A stretch of 64,000 bases of DNA from Neocallimastix sp. 'constans' (Eukaryota), in assembly GCA_050613775.1 (NCBI GenBank), contig JBODTK010000016.1:1364001-1428000 (forward strand). The letters run 5' to 3'. The notes below the pieces were generated by a model. The model ran no database searches. It was not told the DNA's origin and saw only the letters and a list, made by a program, of their open reading frames with translations. Positions 52,901 through 62,148 of this stretch are shown here, piece after piece; the stretch's first letter is position 1, and each line of letters starts with the position of its first letter. Both the position numbers and the translations under genes were made by a program.

Positions 52901-54546
52901 CAGTTGAAAAGGCTAATAATGCTCTTGAAAATGCTGGTGATAAGATTATTGAGAAACTTACTCCAGAAGAGAAGGTTGAAGAAGAAAAACCAATTGAAAC
53001 TGTTGAAACTGTTGTCACTGAAGTTAAAGATACCACTGAACCAGTTGTAGAACCAGTTGTTGAAACTGTCGAGACTGTTGTTACTGAAGTTAAGGATGAT
53101 GCTGAACCAGTTGTAGAACCAGTTGTAGAACCAGTTGTTGAAACTGTTGAAACTGTTGTTACTGAAGATGCTGAAGATGCCGATCCAGCTAAACCAAAGA
53201 AGTCATTCTTCAGTAAGGTTAAGAAGACTATTGGTGATTCAGTTGAAAAGGCTAATAATGCTCTTGAAAATGCTGGTGATAAGATTATTGAGAAATTTAC
53301 TCCAGAAGAGAAGGTTGAAGAACAAAAACCAATTGAAACTGTTGAAACTGTTGTCACTGAAGTTAAAGATACCACTGAACCAGTTGTAGAACCAGTTGTT
53401 GAAACTGTCGAGACTGTTGTTACTGAAGTTAAGGATGATGCTGAACCAGTTGTAGAACCAGTTGTAGAACCAGTTGTTGAAACTGTTGAAACTGTTGTTA
53501 CTGAAGATGCTGAAGATGCCGATCCAGCTAAACCAAAGAAGTCATTCTTCAGTAAGGTTAAGAAGACTGTAGGTGATTCAGTTGAAAAAGCTAATAATTC
53601 TCTTGAAAATGCTGGTGATAAGATTATTGAGAAACTTACTCCAGAAGAAAAGGTTGAAGAAGAAAAACCAATTGAAACTGTTGAAACTGTTGTCACTGAA
53701 GTTAAAGATACCACTGAACCAGTTGTAGAACCAGTTGTTGAAACTGTTGAAACTGTTGTTACTGAAGTAAAGGATGACAATGAACCAAAATTTACCAAAG
53801 TTACATTTGCTACTCCATCTGAAAAGGTAGAAGAAACTGTAGACAATGTTAATTATAATACTACTGATGCAAAGGATAAGATTGAAGAAGTTAATGAAGA
53901 AATTGTTGAAACAGTTGAAAATAATACTACTCCAATTGAAAAAAAGAAAAAACGCTCATTTTTCAGTAAATTATTAGGTAGAGATTCCGATGAAGAACCG
54001 GCTAATGATGACGAAGAGGAAGAAATTGAAATTATTGAAACTACTGTTGAAACAACCTATGATGATGATGAATTTGAAGATGCCGTTACAGAAGAAGCCA
54101 CTCCAATTAAAGATGACAAGAGGAAAGATTCATTCGATACTAAAAAGTTCATAAAGAGAAATGATGATGAGGAAGAAGAGTACAGTACAGCTATTGATAA
54201 GACTGATGATGCTATTACCCCTACTATCAATACTAAAACTACTACAGTAGAACAAACTACTTCCCCAGTTGTTGAAAAAGTTGAAAAAGTTACTTCTACT
54301 GTTCCATCTGCTCAAAATATTGAAGAAGTTACTACAACTACAACTACTACAAATGAAGATGGCGAAAATGATGATGTTGAAGAAACTGTTGTTACAACTA
54401 CTACTGTTGAAACATATACCGATGAAAATGGACAAACTGTTGAAACTGTTATAGAAAAAATTACTACTATTCCATCTGATGGTAGTCCAGAAAAGGTTGT
54501 AGAAAGAGTTATCAAAAGTGAAATTGTTAGTAGAACAGAAGAATAA
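46918..54546 (+). CDS. Giant intronless Glu/Val/Thr/Lys/Pro-rich tandem-repeat protein (2542 aa), function unknown
   Basis: 7.6-kb stop-free ORF, much more GC-rich than its flanks, strongly biased codons (GAA, GTT, ACT, CCA, AAG) similar to RPS7, ATG in A-rich context, unique N- and C-termini, synonymous differences between repeats and all repeat-length changes in multiples of 3. Confidence 0.92.
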   Translation: MSNPEDHVIVDEVVEYVDNADEELTKARIEHAISNGAKVYVDGNVTTIVSEVYEEIPVDDDEEHEVVTEVITEVIPEEVVTEAGPTTKTITKVTKTISSNGKEKAEENVTETIVPNNGLPPKRDYYDNVFTEGGPETVHTEVKTETIPVVETVENIVTEDVPVVNSNTPEVKTYYDNVVTEGGPEIVNTEVPVTKIVETVVTDATNPNEIVTEAAPVETIVTETKTETIPVVETVENIVTEDVPVVETVENIVTEDVPVVNSNTPEVKTYYDNVVTEGGPETVITEVRTETVPITKTVETIITNPSNPNEVVTEAAPVEIVETTITEVVKPEEVVSEDTLVKPKKSFFSKVKKTVGDSVEKAGDALEKAGDKIAKKLTPEEKAKEEKPIETVETVVTEVKDTTEPVVEPVVETVVTEVKDDNELAKPKKSFFSKIKKTVGDSVEKAGDALEKASGKIAKKLTPEEKVEEEKPIETVETVVTEVKDDAEPVVEPVVEPVVETVETVVTEVKDDAEPVVEPVVETVETVVTEDADPAKPKKSFFSKVKKTVGDSVEKAGDKIAKKLTPEEKAKEEKPVETVEAVVTEVKDTTEPAVVPVIETTEIITEDAPVEPIKPKKSILSKVKKAVGDSVEKAGDALEKAGDKIAKKLTPEEKAKEEKPIETVETVVTEVKDTTEPVEPSVEPIVETVETVVTEVKDDNEPAKPKKSFFSKIKKAVGDSVEKAGDALEKASDKIAKKLTPEEKVEEEKPVETVETVVTEVKDDAEPVAEPVVETVETVVTEVKDDTEPVVEPVVETIETVETEDADPAKPKKSFFSKVKKTVGDSVEKAGDALEKAGDKIAKKLTPEEKAKEEKPIETVETVVTEVKDTTEPVVEPAVIPVIETTEVITEDAPVEPIKPKKSILSKVKKAVGDSVEKAGDALEKAGDKIAKKLTPEEKAKEEKPIETVETVVTEVKDDNEPVVEPVVETVETVVTEVKDDAVPVVEPVVETVETVVTEDADPAKPKKSFFSKVKKTVGDSVEKAGDALEKAGDKIAKKLPPEEKAKEEKPVETVKTVVTEVKDTTEPAVIPAIETTEAITEDAPVEPIKPKKSILSKVKKAVGDSVEKAGDALEKAGDKIAKKLTPEEKAKEEKPVETVKTVVTEVKDTTEPVVEPAVIPVIETTEAITEDAPVEPIKPKKSILSKVKKTVGDSVEKAGDALEKAGDKIAKKLTPEEKVKEEKPIETVETVVTEVKDDAEPVVEPVVEPVVETVETVVTEVKDDAVPVVEPVVETVETVITEDADPAKPKKSFFSKVKKTIGDSVEKANNALENAGDKIIEKLTPEEKVEEEKPIEAVETVVTEVKDTNEPVVEPVVETVETVVTEVKDTNEPVVEPVVETVETVVTEDAEDADPAKPKKSFFSKVKKTVGDSVEKANNALENAGDKIIEKLTPEEKVKEEKPIETVVTEVKNTTEPVVEPVVEPVVETVETVETVVTEDAEDADLAKPKKSFFGKVKKTIGDSVEKANNALENAGDKIIEKFTPEEKVKEEKPIETVETIVTEVKDTNEPVVEPVVETVETVETVVTDDSDPAKPKKSFFSKVKKTIGDSVEKANNALENAGDKIIEKLTPEEKVKEEKQIEAVETVVTEVKDDNEPVVEPVVETVETVVTEVKDDAEPVVEPVVEPVVETVETVVTEDAEDADPAKPKKSFFSKVKKTIGDSVEKANNALENAGDKIIEKLTPEEKVEEEKPIETVETVVTEVKDTNEPVVEPVVETVETVETVVTEDAEDADLAKPKKSFFSKVKKTVGDSVEKANNALENAGDKIIEKLTPEEKVEEEKPIETVETVVTEVKDTNEPVVEPVVETVETVVTDDADPAKPKKSFFSKVKKTIGDSVEKANNALENAGDKIIEKLTPEEKVEEEKPIETVETVVTEVKDDNEPVVEPVVETVETVVTEVKDDAEPVVEPVVEPVVETVETVETVVTEDAEDADLAKPKKSFFSKVKKTIGDSVEKANNALENAGDKIIEKLTPEEKVEEEKPIETVETVVTEVKDTTEPVVEPVVETVETVVTEVKDDAEPVVEPVVEPVVETVETVVTEDAEDADPAKPKKSFFSKVKKTIGDSVEKANNALENAGDKIIEKFTPEEKVEEQKPIETVETVVTEVKDTTEPVVEPVVETVETVVTEVKDDAEPVVEPVVEPVVETVETVVTEDAEDADPAKPKKSFFSKVKKTVGDSVEKANNSLENAGDKIIEKLTPEEKVEEEKPIETVETVVTEVKDTTEPVVEPVVETVETVVTEVKDDNEPKFTKVTFATPSEKVEETVDNVNYNTTDAKDKIEEVNEEIVETVENNTTPIEKKKKRSFFSKLLGRDSDEEPANDDEEEEIEIIETTVETTYDDDEFEDAVTEEATPIKDDKRKDSFDTKKFIKRNDDEEEEYSTAIDKTDDAITPTINTKTTTVEQTTSPVVEKVEKVTSTVPSAQNIEEVTTTTTTTNEDGENDDVEETVVTTTTVETYTDENGQTVETVIEKITTIPSDGSPEKVVERVIKSEIVSRTEE

Positions 54547-55248
54547 ACTTCTAAATTAGAATAAAAATAACATACTTTCAATAGAAAAAAAAAATATATA
54601 TTTAAATTATTACCATTTTTATTTTTATTACGACATATTTTATATTAATTTAAATAATTTATTTTAGAGAAATTTTATAATAAAATGAAATTTAAAAATT
54701 CATAAATATATATAATTATTTATTTAATAGAAATTATAGAAATATTTTTTATAAATTATTTAAATTAATAGTATTCAGTACAACACATAATTATTAAAAT
54801 ATTATTATAAAAATAAGTTATCATAATAATTTATTTTTATTTTAACAGGTTTCATATCATATTTTTAACTTTTAAAATTGAAGAAATTTTAAATACATCA
54901 TATATATATATAAAAATAAAAATAAAAAAAAAAAAAAAAAAAGAAGTAAAGGAAAGAATGCATAAAAAATATAAAAATTAGAAATTAGAAATTAAAAAAA
55001 AAAAATTAATAATACTATTAGAAATTTCTTATATTTTTAATTTTTTAATAACAATTTATATATTTATATAATGATATATTAATAATATTTTTTATTAAAA
55101 AATATATATATATTTAAATTCAAAATGCTTAAATTTATATGTAAAATGTTAATTAAATTTATAACAAAAAATTAAATAAAAAATTAAAAAAATATATAAA
55201 TATATTCATAAAAAGTTATGTTAAAGAATCAAAATTTGTGTGTTTTTT

Positions 55249-55403
<155 letters not shown>

Positions 55404-55600
55404 AATAATATTTATTATTATTATTATTAAATAGAATTTTTTTTTTTTTTTTTATTTTTTTTTACGGGAAAATTTTATCCAATTTTATTAGATAAAAACC
55501 AAAAAAATTGGCTTTTAAAAATCAATTTAAAGTGAAACAACTTGTTTATCGTTGTAAAACACTCATTACCATAAAAAAAAAAAAAAAATTTTTTTTATGA

Positions 55601-55659
55601 GAGGGGTCGAACCAGGAACCTTAAGCTTTGAGAGCATAAGGTTCCTGGTTCGACCCCTC
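55601..55659. repeat. GC-rich inverted repeat: perfect 23-bp arms with 13-nt spacer
   Basis: gaggggtcgaaccaggaacctta (55601-55623) is the exact reverse complement of taaggttcctggttcgacccctc (55637-55659). Confidence 0.95.
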
Positions 55660-56149
55660 CCTAAGCCTGTAACGTTTTTTCCACTGATTTTTCGTTATTA
55701 GGTGGTTAGGGTTTTCAGGTAAGTATTATACCCATTTGATACCCCTATATCTCTAATTCAACTTTTATCGATTTACACTTCTTGCAGGTCTGAGAGGGTT
55801 GAGTGTGTATAGCAAGTTTCTTGAGAGGAGATACCAAACATATGGTGACATATGAAAAATTTAATTATCTTAATACTTTTAGGTATGTTATGGAGCGCTT
55901 GTCACGTGATCCCATGAGATTGTGGCTGCATGACCCAATTGTAAGATTATCGTACAATGACAAGCAGTAATTATACTTGGGTAAGGAGCACCAATGTAGA
56001 GTAACTGTATGGCAGTCCAGCAGGGACCACCTACTAAGTAGGAAGTTAGATAAGGGATCTAGTAATAAACCATTGTGTGTCTATGGATGTGCAGCTGGGG
56101 AGAAATCCTGCTACGGTCGTTAAAAAAAAAAAAAAAAAAAAAAAAAATA

Positions 56150-56618
56150 AATATAATGTTCCAAAAATTGTGGGCTTGGCGGAATTCTTAACAAGTGCAA
56201 TACCTATCATAAGTAGTTCGTTTGAGCTATTATTTGATAGGTATTGCAAAATACCAAACTTATCCAAGAGCGTCGACGCCGTACTGATAAGGCATAATGA
56301 TAATACAGGATCAGCATCTATTTCTACGAAGGATGAATCTCGCCCTAGTAGTTCAATAAATGATGAATCCGGGGAGAGTTTAGTGGACACCACACTATCT
56401 ATTTTAAAGATGTTACTTCTAAGTTTTATTTCTTTTTTATTTGTTAGGAAGGGAAAAATTCCCGTATAGTACAACTTGCCGAAATACATAGTATTTTCGA
56501 GCTTTTTTATTTTTTTTTATTTTTTAAATTTTTATTTTTAATTTCAAATGTACTTTTCACCTACATGTATTTTTTAAAATAAAATTAATAAAGTTATGGA
56601 AGTGTATTCTCTTCCCTG

Positions 56619-56662
<44 letters not shown>
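56150..56662 (+). mobile_element. 5'-truncated non-LTR retrotransposon (LINE) 3' end, copy 1, with poly(A) tail
   Basis: Encodes VPKIVGLAEFL..IPIISSSFELLFDR..SGESLVDTTLSILKM, homologous to copy 2; ends ggaagtgtattctcttccctgtct followed by poly(A) at 56622-56662. Confidence 0.75.
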
Positions 56663-56664
<2 letters not shown>

Positions 56665-56679
56665 ATTAAATAGAATATT

Positions 56680-57741
56680 AAATATAACAGATAATAGTAG
56701 TTTATGGGTCGTTTAAGAAAAAGAATATCACTAAATTCAAAGAATATTATTGAATCATATTAGTCTGATGTTGGTAAATTCCAAGGAATCAAAGGTATTA
56801 CGATAACTTCAAATTTATAAATACTAGAAATTTATTTAAGCTCAGCCTTGAATACTCTCATTTTAAAGTTTAGGTTTTAACTGGATCTTAAGATTAAGAG
56901 CTGGTTACAAATATAATACCATTAATGCAATTAGAAGTGGTAGAGTTTCTGACGATTGTCCTAAATTCTGCCCTTGTTGTGGAAAAGGTGAACAATCTTT
57001 TATCCATTGGATATTTGAATGCTCTACCTTTTTTTTTTTTTTTTATGTTATGTAAATCTTTAGATTTCATCGATGACCTTTTTCGTTTTATTTGCCAATA
57101 AAGTAAGGAATCTTTCCTGACTTCCTTCTTATTCTAATATTTTAGAATATGAAAATTTCATAAGCATATATATATATATTCCTTCTTGGTGGAATTTCAG
57201 CTTTAGATGAGCTACAATTCGATACTTGGGGAACAGAGACATTTAAGTGAACAACTCCTAAAAAGTTTCATAAGGGTTTACTGTTCCGTATATTGTGGGG
57301 CTTGCGGAATATTCTTGCTAATACAATACCGATCATCAGTAGCTCTCTTGAGTTACTTTTTGAGAGATTTAGCAAAAACACTTTCATTACCAAGAGTGCC
57401 GACGTCGTACCGAAATGGCAAAGGAATAGTGCAGTTAGAAGTCCTGTTAATTCTCATCAATACATATTTACTAACAGCACAGTTCCGAACACAGAACCTA
57501 TAGTAAGTAAATTCAACTTTTGATGATCTTTCATGTGGTTCAGGAGAGAGTTTAGTGGATACCACACTATCTATTTTAAAGATGTAACTTCTTTGTTTTA
57601 TTATTTTAGATTTAACTGGTGATAATGTTGCTACACATAGTATACATCACATCGAAATTTTTTTTTAACTTTTGAATTTATTTTAATTCTTTATTACATT
57701 AAATTTTCTATGATTAATTAAAATTTGATTATGTTTAATTT

Positions 57742-57772
<31 letters not shown>

Positions 57773-57888
57773 GTTTTGTTTTACTTAATCTTTTACATAC
57801 ATTTTATTTTTTTTATTTTTTAATTATATAATATAGAGCTGGAAGTGTATTCTCTTCCTAGTCTAAAAAAAAAAAAGAAAAAAAAAAA
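56680..57888 (+). mobile_element. 5'-truncated non-LTR retrotransposon (LINE) 3' end, copy 2, with ORF2 C-terminal zinc knuckle and poly(A) tail
   Basis: GFNWILRLRAG...CPKFCPCCGKGEQSFIHWIFECSTF (~56875-57030) fits the CCHC knuckle that follows RT in LINE ORF2; then IFLLGG, IPIISSSLELLFER, SGESLVDTTLSILKM; ends ggaagtgtattctcttcctagtct plus poly(A). Frameshifted. Confidence 0.8.
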
Positions 57889-59816
57889 GGGTCGTTAAAA
57901 ATTTAATAATATGATAAACGTAGAATTTAAGTGACAATTCATTTAAATTTACCTCGAAACGATGTGGAAAAGAAGAAATTTTGATACAGATTCAAATGAT
58001 AATTTTTATTCACATGGAGTTATTATCGATGAATGGGAAGAGTAAGAGGCCATTTCATCCTCAAGACTCATAACGTAGTTTTTTAATATTAATGTAAATA
58101 ACTTCATAGTCAGGACCATCAGGAATGTATCACCATCTTATTTCTCGTGGTATCGGGAATGATGGTAAAAAAATCCAAACATTGCGTAATGTATGTTTTT
58201 GATACAATTACTTATTGCAATTGTATAAAATTGATATTATTTATCAAAGTTGTCAATTAATTTTAAAAAATTTTAAGAAATAATATCATTTTTTTATTCA
58301 TGGATCATTTTCTTTTTCCAATATTCTTATTCATTTCATATATTTACTTTTTCTTTATGTATGAATCATTCATGCATCATACTATAATGTTATATTTATC
58401 ATGTTTATTTATTTATTTATTTATTTATTTATTTTTTATTTTTTGGATAATTATGTAATTATGGTACTTTTTTATACTCTAGTTCCACTTCACGTACTTT
58501 TTTTTTTCAATTCTTAATATATATTTTTTTTATCTATGCTTTTTTCTTTATTTTTATCTTTGATTTTTATTCTAAATATCTTCATCAACATTCATCAAAG
58601 GTTGTTTATTCTGGGATTTAATGTTTATTGTATTAGGTGTTTCCATTTTCATTTCATTCTATCATTAAAATAGTGAATTTGGTATGGTAGAACATTTAAC
58701 CTATATTTTACATAAAAATATGTATAATTCTATTTTAAAATTAAAAAGTTGGCTTTTTCAATTTAAACTATATTGAATCAAACGAAGATATATATATAAC
58801 TCATCAAGATCAACCTCCATCTCTACGACTACTGGGTATTTAACAAGAAAATTGCCTACTGATACTATAATAGTTCAAAGTTTAAATATGAAATTAGGAT
58901 TGAAGATTGATTTTGGAAATCATTAGTAGTATTGTGGTTTGTTTCATAATGACTTTCGCATCAGAGTAGAAAGTAACATTAATTATAAATATTGTTGTTC
59001 CCTTTCTTTTCAAAGATACCTCAATTCAAATAATCTCTCTTAAAAATATGAATAATGAAGTTCTTAAAATCTTAGAAAGTATTACTAAAAATAGCTGTCG
59101 AAATTATTCCTAATATGATAACAGTATATTTTCTTAATTTACAAAATTACTTTTACTATTCGTATAAGAAAAAAACTAATAAAACAGGAAAAAAACAATT
59201 AATATATAAATATTTCATTAATAATATTGGTGAAGCTTTAAGTAATGTCACTATCTTTTTTTTACCAATATTATTGGAATTTACTTTTGTTACAATGTTT
59301 TTTAAAAACAGTGAAATGAATTTTGATATAGAATATTTAAAGTCATTATAGATATTATTTTTCATTAGCAATTCACATGAAAAGTCGGTTCCCTTACTTC
59401 AAGATTATGACATTGAGATTGATTCAATCTTAATGTTTCCATATTAGACATGGATGAACCACTAAATGAAATAAATATATGGAAGGAAAAATTGTTGGTG
59501 GTTCTGGTAATGGTATGACCCTTAAAATTTATTTATTAAAAACTGTTAAAAACTAAATGAATCAATAAATATATTTTCAATAAATAATATCTAAAATGGA
59601 TAATTAAGATTTAAAGAAATTATTTTAAATAATTAAAATTAAAAATTAAAATAATAATTATTATGAAAAAGCATATTAAATAATTAATATGATATAATTA
59701 ATAAGTTTAAAATAAAGAAGTTCATAAAATAAAATATTAAATCATAATATATGCCTGAAGTATTAATTTAATATCTAAAATTTAATTTTTTATTTTTATT
59801 TTTATTTTTAGTTTTA

Positions 59817-59848
<32 letters not shown>

Positions 59849-59991
59849 TTGTGTGTGTGTGTGATATTCAAGCAGCGTTAACATCTTTTTTTTTTAAATT
59901 TTCAATTCAAACTTTGATTAATATTTTAATAATTATTATTCCACTATTACTATATTCCATTTCTAGTAAAAAACATCTTTTTCAAAAAAAA

Positions 59992-60023
<32 letters not shown>

Positions 60024-60192
60024 CAATTTTAAATAAATGAGTAAATTCATGAACCATTTAAAAACAAACATAAAAAAATTTTTTTTAATATTTTCAATTT
60101 ATTATATACACATATTATTATTTCATAAATTTTTATTAACATTGAAAATATATATTTCTAAAATAATTCTATTTTCTCTAAATCAAACTAGT

Positions 60193-60228
<36 letters not shown>

Positions 60229-60355
60229 ATTAAATTAAATTATCATTTATAAAATTAAAACTAACATACTCTATATTATATATTTATTGAGTTTAGAATT
60301 TAAATATTGTATTATTATTATTATATTTTTTTATTGATATCAATATAAATTTAAT

Positions 60356-61385
60356 TTAAATTCTTGTTTCATCTACAGATTTTTTTTGAATTATAAAAGC
60401 TGGTGAATACCAATTACCACATGAACATTGCATTCCTAAATGGTTATAATAAAAATAAATATATATATATAAAAATAATAATAATAATTAATATATATAT
60501 ATATATAATTTTAAAATTATTTTATATAAAAAAATTAAAAAATAAAACTATTATAAATTGAAGACTATTTACCTGACCAGTTATAAGATCCTAATTTTGA
60601 TTTACATTTTGGACAATTAATTTTACCACTAACAATATTTTCATCATCTAAGCCTTCCATCCATTCTGCCCTTTCAATAAAGTATACATTACAAATGTTT
60701 GAATTTCCATTTTTATTTATATTTTGATCACGTTTTCTCCATGAAAACGATGCTTGTCCACTTCCTGGTTCATGAATTAAAATATTATCTCCTGAAACTA
60801 AAACAAACCTACATTTCCTGCAAGATAACTGTAATTTTTTATTTTTTACTATGGATTATTGAAAATGTACATATATTAAAATTTAATTATTACCATAAAC
60901 ATTGATTATATACATAACATAAGTTTAATTTAATTATTATCATAATTATAATAATTATGATTTTATAATAAGAGCAAGAAATAATATATATTTATCCATT
61001 TAAAATATATATAATTAATAAAATAAAATAAAATAATAAAAAAAAAAAAAAAAAGATAATAATAATAAATAAATAAAAATAAAGTTAATAATTACAATTA
61101 TATTTATATATATTAATATTATTAATTAAAATAACATATATAATATAGAATTATATATAATAGAATTATAGAATACCCTCTTTTTGCTTTTCATTTTCTA
61201 TTAAATTCTCTGTTTTATTATCAGTTTTATTTTCTGTTTCGGGATTTTCTTTAACTTGACTCTTTTTGTTTGTAACTGTTTTTTTCTTAACTAATGAATT
61301 TAATTGTTGAATTATATCTTCATTTTCAATTCTATTTTAACAAAAAATATATTTTTACCAAAAAAAAAAAAAAATAAAAAAATAA

Positions 61386-61416
<31 letters not shown>

Positions 61417-62148
61417 ATGAAATTAGAAATTCAATTTATAGAAAATTAAAATTTCAGGAATAAAGTGTATATTATTTACTTTATGGCTGGACATATTCTT
61501 CCAATTTTACTTAATACTAAGTCATATTTTGCATTAGCTTTTTTCATAAAATAGGACATTACAATAGCAGAACAGTAAGTTATTGTTTCAGTAGTAAAGT
61601 TTACTATTAAACCTTTTTTAGTTTGTTTGGCTTTTTCTACTTCATTAAAAAATTCCAAGAAACATGGTATCATATTTTCGTCATTATCTATTTCATATTT
61701 AACATGTTCAAATTCCTTTTATTATCAATACATACACATTTTTTTTTTTTTTTTTTAAAAAAAAAAAATTAGAAAGAACAATTTAAATTAAAGAAATAAT
61801 AATTTATATGAAAAAAATATTTAGATAAAAAATAATAATAATAATAATTTTTTTTTTTCAATTAATGTCAAAGATATACAATATAGAACATACAGTTTTA
61901 AAATTCTCAGGTATATTATCAAAACTTATTATTTTATTGATGTTATACTTTTTCAATTCATTAACACCAAGTTTACTAAATATATAATTCAAAATAATTT
62001 ATATATATATTTTAATAATAAATTTTATTTAAATTTAATTTTATAACTATAGATAACAATTAATAAATATTTATTAAAATTAACAATTCAATAGTAACCT
62101 TGATATAAATAAACCTTCAGATAATCTCATAAATTTAACACTACTCAT
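60356..62148 (-). CDS. YVH1: Yvh1/DUSP12 homologue (dual-specificity phosphatase fold plus C-terminal zinc-binding domain), 6 exons, 292 aa; catalytic motif degenerate
   Basis: Exons 62148-62099, 61975-61894, 61715-61480, 61331-61177, 60848-60573, 60435-60356 (879 nt, GT-AG, phases consistent). N-terminal LSEGLFIS; C-terminal LSCRKCR..IHEPG..CNVYFIE.AEWM..GKINCPKCKSKLGSYNWSGMQCSCGNWYSPAF is the Yvh1/DUSP12 zinc-binding domain. Confidence 0.92.

Noticed and set aside
48476..53389. Many short Leu/Lys-rich ORFs (MLKLLKLLL...)
   Set aside because: Alternative-frame readings of the tandem repeats.
47727..53846. 2039-aa Ser/Thr-rich antisense ORF overlapping the giant protein
   Set aside because: In this register a stop needs a sense codon starting TA (Tyr) after T/C, or CA (His/Gln) after T. 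The repeats lack Tyr and His and have almost no Gln, and the ORF is bounded by the nearest Tyr codons, so it is a compositional shadow.
55625..55670. Possible tRNA gene
   Set aside because: Only a B-box-like motif; no T-stem, D-arm, A-box or acceptor stem can be formed.
56085..56121. Group II intron domain V or hammerhead ribozyme resemblance
   Set aside because: AGC plus a GAAA-capped stem is present but too short for domain V, and no CUGANGA core was found.
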